Assembly (NCBI GenBank): GCA_017303395.1
Contig: JAFLBN010000011.1
Coordinates: 16,249-80,248, forward strand
DNA from: Chitinophagales bacterium
GTDB lineage: Bacteria; Bacteroidota; Bacteroidia; Chitinophagales; Chitinophagaceae
DNA: 64,000 nt
Reading direction: 5' to 3'
Part shown: piece after piece, positions 29,900 to 39,661 of the stretch
How positions within the stretch are numbered: position 1 is the stretch's first letter
Layout of the letters: every line of letters starts with the position of its first letter
The notes under the pieces: generated by a model
Databases searched by the model: none
What the model saw: the letters and a program-made list of their open reading frames with translations, nothing else
Told to the model about the DNA's origin: nothing
Position numbers and translations under genes: made by a program

Positions 29900-30781
29900 G
29901 TGGCTCAGTCATATCCCAAAGGAATCTTGGTGTCGGTAGGTGGCGCGGAAGATAAAGGAACAGATTTAGAAAAAGGCATTGTAGAACGTAACAGGCTTAA
30001 TTTCTTTGAAATAGGTATTCTTAAAAACGTTGTAAGCCTTACCGGTGTTAAAGACCCGATTGTAGAGGTTGTTACAACAGCATCTTCTATACCCGACGAA
30101 GTTGCAGAAAATTATGTCGATGCCTTCAGCAAACTGGGATGTAATAAAATAGGCCACCTGCGCATACGCGACAGGGAAGATGCTACCAAATCAGAATATA
30201 TAGAACGCCTGAAAGTTTGTGATTGCATCATGTTTTCCGGTGGCAACCAACTGAGGTTGTCTTCTATATTTGGTGGTACACAGTTTCTGGATATACTGAA
30301 ACAACGCCTGCACGACGAGCATTTTGTTGTTGGTGGTACAAGTGCCGGCGCTATGGCCATGAGCAACACTATGATATACGAAGGCAGTGCCGACAAAGCA
30401 CACCTGAAGGGTGAAGTAAAAATCACTACAGGTTTAGGCTTTCTTCAAAATGTAATCATCGATTCTCACTTCGATAAGCGTGGCAGGTTCAATCGTCTGG
30501 CGCAAGCAGTAGCAGCCAATCCCGGCGCTATAGGCATAGGTCTTGGCGAAGACACAGGTGTTGTTGTAACAGAAGGACATACCCTGAAAGCAATAGGCAG
30601 TGGTAGTGTTGTAATTATTGACGGTAAGAATATTGAGTACAACAATATTGCAGACATCCGTACGGGCGAGCCGATAAGTGTTGAAAACATCATGGTGCAC
30701 ATTATGAGCAGCGGCGATATTTACAATCTGCAAACACGCACTTTTGAAGGAAAGGAGATAGTGATTGATGATGAGGGTTAG
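29900..30781 (+). CDS. cphB: cyanophycinase (S51 peptidase)
   Basis: 293 aa with a GTG start. Nucleophile block GGTSAGAMAMS and FSGGNQ, typical of CphB/CphE. Confidence 0.85.
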   Translation: MAQSYPKGILVSVGGAEDKGTDLEKGIVERNRLNFFEIGILKNVVSLTGVKDPIVEVVTTASSIPDEVAENYVDAFSKLGCNKIGHLRIRDREDATKSEYIERLKVCDCIMFSGGNQLRLSSIFGGTQFLDILKQRLHDEHFVVGGTSAGAMAMSNTMIYEGSADKAHLKGEVKITTGLGFLQNVIIDSHFDKRGRFNRLAQAVAANPGAIGIGLGEDTGVVVTEGHTLKAIGSGSVVIIDGKNIEYNNIADIRTGEPISVENIMVHIMSSGDIYNLQTRTFEGKEIVIDDEG

Positions 30782-31692
30782 TCCTTATATATCATCACTT
30801 TTCTTTCATTCTCTGTAGCATAGCCGCGATACATGCCTTCGCTGTTAAAGGGTAGTTCTATATTGCCATGTTTATCCAATGCGACAAGGCCACCTTCACC
30901 TTGTATTTTTACAAGCTTGTCGTGTACTACCACATCGCATGCTTCTTTCAGTGATAGTCCTTTGTATTCCATCAGGCAACTGATATCGTATGCAACTACA
31001 GCGCGTATAAACAACTCTCCGTGTCCTGTACATGATATAGCGCATGTATTGTTGTTGGCATAGGTACCTGCACCTATTATGGGGCTATCACCCATACGTC
31101 CGAATTTCTTATTAGTCATACCACCTGTACTGGTAGCTGCTGCAAGATTGCCGTTAGCATCCAGTGCTACTGCACCTACCGTCCCGAATTTTTTATCGTT
31201 ATGATCCAGGCTGATGCTATCTTCTTTCAATGCCTGCTGCCATTGCTCGTAGCGGTGCTGAACGTAGAAATAGGCATCATCAGCAAACTCCAATCCCTGT
31301 TGTTTGGCAAACTGCTCTGCACCCTGCCCGCAAAGCAATACATGCTCACTTTTATCCATGACGGTTCGTGCCAATAATACAGGATTTTTAATGTGACTGA
31401 TACCCGACACTGCACCTGCCATCAAGTTGCTGCCATCCATTATACTGGCATCCATTTCGTGCCTGCCAACATTATTGAATACCGAACCCCTGCCTGCATT
31501 AAACAACGGAAAATCTTCCAGCGATACTACAGCTGCCTGTACAGCATCTACCGCACTGCCGCCACTCTGCAATACGCTATAACCCGCCTGTAGCGCATCT
31601 TGCAGCCCTTGCTCGTATTGTTGTTGCAATTCGGCTGTCATGCTGCTGCGCAGAATAGTGCCTGCTCCTCCGTGTATGGCTAATCGTATCAT
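30778..31692 (-). CDS. iaaA: isoaspartyl peptidase / L-asparaginase (Ntn hydrolase)
   Basis: 304 aa. HGGAG N-terminus and the autoprocessing site KFGTVGAVALD. Confidence 0.85.
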   Translation of the reverse strand: MIRLAIHGGAGTILRSSMTAELQQQYEQGLQDALQAGYSVLQSGGSAVDAVQAAVVSLEDFPLFNAGRGSVFNNVGRHEMDASIMDGSNLMAGAVSGISHIKNPVLLARTVMDKSEHVLLCGQGAEQFAKQQGLEFADDAYFYVQHRYEQWQQALKEDSISLDHNDKKFGTVGAVALDANGNLAAATSTGGMTNKKFGRMGDSPIIGAGTYANNNTCAISCTGHGELFIRAVVAYDISCLMEYKGLSLKEACDVVVHDKLVKIQGEGGLVALDKHGNIELPFNSEGMYRGYATENERKVMIYKD

Positions 31693-31725
31693 TGGTATAT
31701 GTGATGTACCTGTAAATCTAAAAAG

Positions 31726-31747
31726 AAAGCGGCAACAAGTGCCGCTT
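31726..31747. terminator. terminator hairpin downstream of gyrB; right copy of the exact 22-nt repeat
   Basis: AAAGCGGCAACAAGTGCCGCTT, identical to 27130-27151. On the minus strand it is followed by TCTTTTT. Confidence 0.7.
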
Positions 31748-31794
31748 AAATGTATTTGAATATTAACTGGTCAACAAATCAACCGGTCAACTAA

Positions 31795-34098
<2,304 letters not shown>

Positions 34099-34294
34099 CT
34101 ATAAGAGCAGTAGGAGTATATACTACTTCTACTCTACTGTTTTCTTTTCTTCTCTGCTACAAAAATGGGTGCTTGTGCTTAAGCTCAAGTAACCAATATG
34201 GGTGGCTCAGCCACCGTTTAGCTAGCCTTTAGCAACTTGTGCTTGACTTATTGTTGGTTTAATACTTCTTCTCTACTCTTTTCTTTTCTGCTTC

Positions 34295-34326
34295 CAAAAA
34301 GCAAAGCCCCCCTGAAGGGAGGCTTA
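34295..34326 (-). terminator. intrinsic terminator of the mreBCD operon
   Basis: The minus strand reads AAGCCTCCCTTCAGGGGGGCTTTGCTTTTTGG. Confidence 0.75.
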
Positions 34327-34360
34327 AGTATTTTGTAGCCTAAGGCTTGTAAGACGTATT

Positions 34361-34906
34361 TTAATTCCTCGCATTCACCTGCCTTGTAAATAGCAGCAGG
34401 TATGCCAGTATAAAGAGGATAGACGTGGCTGTAGATGCCAATATCTTCAGCAGCAGGTAGCCTATATTGGTAACGCTCCACAATTCTATACCAAAGTAAA
34501 CGCTGTGATGTATCAGTACCAGGAAGGAGCTGTAAACAAGGAAAGGCATCCAGCCCATGTTCTTTACATTCGGGCTCTGGTTAGGGTACTCGCTCAGGTT
34601 CTTTGGCATCAGTGCATTCAGCACATTGGTACGCAGGTACGCTATCAGCACGCATACAAAAGCATGTATGCCTGCCGTGTTGGCAAATGAGTCCATCGTA
34701 ATGCCCGTTACAAAGCCCAGCACAAGCAGCAGCCACACGGGTGTTTCAAACGGCAACAAAAGCAGAAACAACGGATACACATAAGGTATAAACACAGGGA
34801 AACCTTGTGGCTGGCTCCACCAACGCAGGGTAATCTTGTTGAGCACCAGCACCTGCAAAGCCATAATCAGGCAGAAGCGTAATATGTTTCTTACGTACAC
34901 ACTCAT
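34361..34906 (-). CDS. mreD: rod shape-determining protein MreD
   Basis: 181-aa polytopic membrane ORF that overlaps the mreC stop by 4 nt. The position in an mreB-mreC-mreD order supports the call. Confidence 0.7.
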   Translation of the reverse strand: MSVYVRNILRFCLIMALQVLVLNKITLRWWSQPQGFPVFIPYVYPLFLLLLPFETPVWLLLVLGFVTGITMDSFANTAGIHAFVCVLIAYLRTNVLNALMPKNLSEYPNQSPNVKNMGWMPFLVYSSFLVLIHHSVYFGIELWSVTNIGYLLLKILASTATSILFILAYLLLFTRQVNARN

Positions 34907-35769
34907 GGCTTGGTTTTTATGTTTACACTATCTTCTACCATCAGGCGTTCGGCCATCATTTTATTTTCTACCACATACACATATTGCAGGTTGCGGAAGT
35001 TGCTACCAGACTGCAGATACAACAGCAGCAGGTTGTTTTTCTTTATACGCATCACTTTCTGCACTCGGCCAATCAGCACATCGGGCGGAAAGAATGAATA
35101 ACTGGTTGTGAATACACTATCGCCCTTGCGCACAGTTACCTGTTGTGGCACATCCTTCATCACCAATACATCCGGGCGATAACCTTCCCATTCTACATAA
35201 CCTGTAGTGCCATCTTTCAGTTTTGCACTTACTTTCTGTTTCACACTCAGCACACTCAACACACTTGCAAAGTGGCTCGAAACATGCACCACTTTACCAA
35301 CCACACCTGTACCCGATATTACCGCCATATTCTTAGCAATGCCATCGGCTGTACCGCGATTGATAGTAATGTAGTTGTTTGCTGCGCTTACAGAATTGTT
35401 TACCACTTTGGCAGTACGATATACATAGTCTGCATACTGTATCTTCTTCTGATTGGTATCTGTAATGGGTAATGCGCGGTGTACGTTGCTGTCACTTATA
35501 TAGTCGAATGTATTCTTTTGCAGCGCTACCTGTGTACGCAGTTTTGCGTTCTCATTCAGCAGGCTGTCGTTCATACGTTTTAGCCCGAAATAATATACTA
35601 CATCATTCTGCTTTTTGTAAGAGAGGCCCACTACCGTGTTGGCAGAGCTCATGATGTCATTGCCCTGCATACTGTTAGTACGCGCAATAAGCACCACGCA
35701 TACTATCTCTAATACCAGAAACAGTATGAGGTTAAAAAAACGACGAATGAATAATATAAAATTGCGCAC
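34903..35769 (-). CDS. mreC: rod shape-determining protein MreC
   Basis: 288 aa with a GTG start. N-terminal TM helix, a coiled-coil and beta-barrel domains (GTGVVGKVVHVS..., GDSVFTTSYS..FPPDVLIGRV). Confidence 0.85.
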   Translation of the reverse strand: MRNFILFIRRFFNLILFLVLEIVCVVLIARTNSMQGNDIMSSANTVVGLSYKKQNDVVYYFGLKRMNDSLLNENAKLRTQVALQKNTFDYISDSNVHRALPITDTNQKKIQYADYVYRTAKVVNNSVSAANNYITINRGTADGIAKNMAVISGTGVVGKVVHVSSHFASVLSVLSVKQKVSAKLKDGTTGYVEWEGYRPDVLVMKDVPQQVTVRKGDSVFTTSYSFFPPDVLIGRVQKVMRIKKNNLLLLYLQSGSNFRNLQYVYVVENKMMAERLMVEDSVNIKTKP

Positions 35770-35860
35770 TTGCCTCTTTCAGGAATTAGTAATTGGGGAT
35801 CGGGAATTCGTTTGTCTGTTACAAATTACAAATTCCTAATCCCCAATTCCAACAAAAAAA

Positions 35861-36883
35861 TTACTTCATCAAAAACGGCATCTTGGCAATGTTCTTCAGT
35901 GCCATGCCTGTACCACGAACCACTGCACGCAGCGGGTCGTCTGCTACATGAACAGGTAGTTTTATTTTGTGCGATATGCGCTTATCCAACCCGCGCAGCA
36001 ACGCACCACCACCCGTCAGGTACAAGCCACGACGGTAAATGTCGGCTGCCAGTTCAGGCGGTGTGCTTTCCAGTGCTTTCAATATTGCTTCTTCTATTTT
36101 GAAGATTGATTTATCCAGCGCTTCTGCTACTTCCTGATAAGATACCATGATTTGTTTCGGAATACCGGTTACAAGGTCACGACCGTTTACAGCGATATCA
36201 TCAGGTGGGTTGTCCAGTTCTTTCAATGCAGAACCTACTTGTATTTTGATTTGCTCTGCTGTACGCTCACCAATCATCAGGCTGTGGTAGCGGCGCATAG
36301 CTTCCATAATATCACCTGTGAATTCGTCACCCGCAATACGGATAGACTGATCGCACACGATGCCTGCCAGCGCAATAACAGATATACCGGTAGTACCACC
36401 ACCTATATCTATTATCATATTACCTGTAGGCTCTTCTACATCTATACCTATACCCAGTGCCGCAGCCATAGGCTCGTGTATCATGTACACTTCTTTTGCA
36501 CCTGCACGCTCTGCACTATCGCGCACCGCACGTTTTTCTACTTCTGTAATGCTAGAAGGGATACATATTACCATACGGTAGCTTGGTGGAAACAATGGTT
36601 TCTTTGGATGCACCATTTTAATCATTTCGCGAAGCATACCTTCAGCAGCATTAAAGTCTGCAATCACACCATCTTTCAACGGGCGGATTGTCTTCAGATT
36701 CTCATGGGTTTTTTCGTGCATCATCATAGCCTTTTTGCCAACGGCTACAATTTTACTGCTGATGCGATCTATGGCAACAATAGATGGTTCATCTATTACA
36801 ACCTGGTCGTTATGTATAATGAGGGTATTGGCCGTACCCAAGTCAATTGCAATCTCTTGCGTCAAAAAGCTAAACAAACCCAT
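35861..36883 (-). CDS. mreB: rod shape-determining protein MreB
   Basis: 340 aa. Actin-fold motifs IAIDLGTANT and DIGGGTT, with high similarity throughout. Confidence 0.96.
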   Translation of the reverse strand: MGLFSFLTQEIAIDLGTANTLIIHNDQVVIDEPSIVAIDRISSKIVAVGKKAMMMHEKTHENLKTIRPLKDGVIADFNAAEGMLREMIKMVHPKKPLFPPSYRMVICIPSSITEVEKRAVRDSAERAGAKEVYMIHEPMAAALGIGIDVEEPTGNMIIDIGGGTTGISVIALAGIVCDQSIRIAGDEFTGDIMEAMRRYHSLMIGERTAEQIKIQVGSALKELDNPPDDIAVNGRDLVTGIPKQIMVSYQEVAEALDKSIFKIEEAILKALESTPPELAADIYRRGLYLTGGGALLRGLDKRISHKIKLPVHVADDPLRAVVRGTGMALKNIAKMPFLMK

Positions 36884-37160
36884 AAAGTATCTTTTCTGCC
36901 CCTTTTTATATAAAATATTGGCAAAGTTGCGGAAAATTACCCTGATTTATGCGAAAACTGCAATATTTTGCCCGATTTAATACATATTAATTATTTATAA
37001 CTGAAAGTTTATAATCTGTTGTTTTGTCATTTTTTATATATAAGGAATTGGTATTATTTTTTCCATTTCACAAAAGTTTAGCACAGATTTTGTTTAAGTG
37101 AATCTGACCCGGCACAAGGGTTGGCTGAAACACGCATTAAACACCTTATATAATATGTAT

Positions 37161-37712
37161 ATGAAACGTACACCCCGTATAGCATGGCTGATGCCTGTGC
37201 TTGCATTATCGTTGGCTGCATGCTACCCCAAAGAGCCTGTAGAGCCAAGAGAAACATGGCCTACCGAAATAGATGGCTGGGCACCTGTATATAATACTAC
37301 AGGCGATTATACCACCGTAAAATCTATGGCTCCGCAAAACATTGTGAACGGCGGCAAGATTTATGTGAAAGGCGATACGCTTTATCAGGTAGAAGCAGGT
37401 AAGGGTATACACGTTATCCTCATCAAGCAACCTGCCAATCCGCAAAAGGTAGCCTTCATCAGTGTGACGGGTGCACAGGAACTGGCTGTGAAAAACAGCA
37501 TGCTCTATACCAACAACCTGAACGATCTGGTAGTACTCGATATATCACAGACAGATAGCATTAAAGTGGTTGACCGCATCAGCAATGTGTTTAATATGGT
37601 CGATTCTACACGCCCTCCCGGCACAGGCTACTACGAATGTGTTGACTATAGGAAAGGAAAGGTAGTAGGATGGGAACAAAAATTGTTGAAATATCCTAAA
37701 TGCAGAAATTAA
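37161..37712 (+). CDS. hypothetical lipoprotein
   Basis: Lipobox LALSLAAC after MKRTPRIAWLMPV, so the start was moved to 37161. An LVIVD-like segment is present (NDLVVLDISQTD). Confidence 0.5.
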   Translation: MKRTPRIAWLMPVLALSLAACYPKEPVEPRETWPTEIDGWAPVYNTTGDYTTVKSMAPQNIVNGGKIYVKGDTLYQVEAGKGIHVILIKQPANPQKVAFISVTGAQELAVKNSMLYTNNLNDLVVLDISQTDSIKVVDRISNVFNMVDSTRPPGTGYYECVDYRKGKVVGWEQKLLKYPKCRN

Positions 37713-37736
37713 TTAAACCCGCAAAAATTACAACTA

Positions 37737-38489
37737 ATGAAAAAGATATTATTCTTCATATTATCGGGCGCGTTTTTTATTACTTCCTGCGATAAAGCAG
37801 CAGACAGTGCAGCACCCAAAACAACATCTTCAAGCTCTACAGGGCAAGGTGGCTCGCTGGCGCGCTTTACTACTGCCAACGACCACATGTATATTGTAGA
37901 TAACCAAAAACTATATACCTACAGCCTTTTGGATGAAAAACATCCGCAGTTTAAAGGTACTAATGATGTGGGCTTCAGTATCGAAACCATCTACGCTTAC
38001 AAAGACAAATTGTTTATAGGCAGCAGCAGTGCTATGTATATCTATTCTATCAGCAACCCCGCAATGCCAACAAAGCTGGGACAGGCAACACACGTACGTG
38101 CATGCGATCCTGTAATTGCTAACGACTCAATAGCATACGTTACCGTACGCGGTGGCACACGTTGTGGTGGTACACAAAACGCACTGATGGTGTATGATGT
38201 GAAATACATAACACAACCACTGCTACGCAAAACGGTAAACATGGAAAGCCCATACGGACTGGGTATGAAGGGCAATCGCCTGTATGTATGCAACGGCAGC
38301 AACGGGCTGAATGTGTATGACATTACAGACCCGATAAATCCCGTGCTGAAAAAACAACTGGCAGGTGGTACGTTTTATGATGTGATAATTATAGACGACC
38401 TGATGATAGCCATGATAGAAGGTGGCACTGCACTATACGAATTGAAAGCAAATGACGAGATAAATCTTGCTGCTAAGATTACTAACTAG
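37737..38489 (+). CDS. LVIVD-repeat beta-propeller-like lipoprotein
   Basis: Lipobox FFITSC. Repeats of the type LYVCNGSNGLNVYDITDPINP and ALMVYDVKYITQP. Confidence 0.55.
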   Translation: MKKILFFILSGAFFITSCDKAADSAAPKTTSSSSTGQGGSLARFTTANDHMYIVDNQKLYTYSLLDEKHPQFKGTNDVGFSIETIYAYKDKLFIGSSSAMYIYSISNPAMPTKLGQATHVRACDPVIANDSIAYVTVRGGTRCGGTQNALMVYDVKYITQPLLRKTVNMESPYGLGMKGNRLYVCNGSNGLNVYDITDPINPVLKKQLAGGTFYDVIIIDDLMIAMIEGGTALYELKANDEINLAAKITN

Positions 38490-38510
38490 TCATTGTTATT
38501 TTGAGATGTT

Positions 38511-38541
38511 TTAAGCCCTGCAATTTGCAGGGCTTTTATTT
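38511..38541. terminator. bidirectional intrinsic terminator
   Basis: TTAAGCCCTGCAATTTGCAGGGCTTTTATTTT lies between convergent genes. Confidence 0.8.
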
Positions 38542-39008
38542 TATGGTTCAATCAATATTTCTGCACGACTTACAGGTACGTTTCCGTTGCTGTAAACACC
38601 GCCTTGCAGATGTTTTTCTTCACCATTCACAGTATAGTATAAATCACGGGTACAGCGTGTATCGTCATTACTAAACCAGCTGTTGCTTTTTACTTTTACG
38701 TTTCCATCATAGTGGATATTACTTACTTTATATTGTTTATTCCATCCTACTACTTCTATTATATAATCACATCCTGCCCGCAATGTATTTAGTTTCTTAG
38801 ATGTGAATTGTCCGCCATCAAAACTTACTGCGTCTGTATCAGATATCAATAGGTTTGTGTAGTTACTACCTTTTTCATAAGTGTTTACTGCAAACCGCAG
38901 ATACAGCATTTGTGCATTGAATTTCAGCGATATGGCGGGCTCGCTGCACATAGAATAATGGCAAGAACTTAAACCAATAACGAAAAAAGCAACTACTAAA
39001 TATTTCAT
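38541..39008 (-). CDS. hypothetical small lipoprotein (paralog pair, member 1)
   Basis: Lipobox IGLSSC after MKYLVVAFFV. It shares CSEP..LKF, YEKGSNYTNLL.SDTD, YKVSNI.YDG and CTRDLYYTVNG blocks with the neighbouring gene. Confidence 0.5.
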   Translation of the reverse strand: MKYLVVAFFVIGLSSCHYSMCSEPAISLKFNAQMLYLRFAVNTYEKGSNYTNLLISDTDAVSFDGGQFTSKKLNTLRAGCDYIIEVVGWNKQYKVSNIHYDGNVKVKSNSWFSNDDTRCTRDLYYTVNGEEKHLQGGVYSNGNVPVSRAEILIEP

Positions 39009-39060
39009 ACAGTTATATAGGTTTGGTTGAAACTGACACAAATTTAGTTTGTGCAGCTAA

Positions 39061-39522
39061 CTACTTGGTAATTTCTACGTCAATATCTCTTCTGGAAGAA
39101 GTACCTGAAAATATTGCACCATCTACTTTATAGTCTATACCATTCAGCTTGTAATGAATATTGCGGGTGCAATCTGTACTACGGCTCATTTCAGCTATTG
39201 TGCCATCGCTTGTTTTTCTTTTGCCACTGTAGCTAATATCAGAAAATTTGTACTCTTTTCCTGTAGCCAGAATGGTTATATTGTAATCAGAGCTTCCATC
39301 GAGTTGTGAATTTTTTGGGAAATTATTTCCATATCGTGCTGTGTCTGTTTCACTGAAAAGCAATTTTGTATAGCCACTGCCTTTTTCATAACGTTCAAAC
39401 TTGTAAACGATATAGCCTGAATAGTCGTACTTGAATTTGAGTATCAGGTATGGCTCAGTACACGTAACATTGCGGCAAGAGTACAGAAAACTGAGAATCA
39501 GGAGGGTAGAAAGGTATCTCAC
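39061..39522 (-). CDS. hypothetical small lipoprotein (paralog pair, member 2)
   Basis: Lipobox SFLYSC. Blocks CTEP..LKF, YEKGSGYTKLLFSETD, YKFSDISYSG and CTRNIHYKLNG parallel 38541-39008. Confidence 0.5.
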   Translation of the reverse strand: MRYLSTLLILSFLYSCRNVTCTEPYLILKFKYDYSGYIVYKFERYEKGSGYTKLLFSETDTARYGNNFPKNSQLDGSSDYNITILATGKEYKFSDISYSGKRKTSDGTIAEMSRSTDCTRNIHYKLNGIDYKVDGAIFSGTSSRRDIDVEITK

Positions 39523-39661
39523 AGGTATGTTTTTAGGTCATCAATACATTTACCATGCCAAACAAAATATTTCCCTTTTTTGCATTACTTTTGCACCTCG
39601 GGCGTTGAGCCCGATTTTTGTATCGGCCTATTGCTCTCACTTTACATATATTTTCAATAAG

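Noticed and set aside
34248-34481. A 77-aa minus-strand ORF overlapping the 3' end of mreD and its terminator.
   Set aside because: It is out of frame within mreD and runs through the terminator hairpin. It has no motifs.
39431-39661. A 77-codon 5' extension of the carB N-half ORF.
   Set aside because: It overlaps the start of the opposite-strand lipoprotein gene and the promoter/leader region. CarB homology begins at MPLDTSIKTV (39662).
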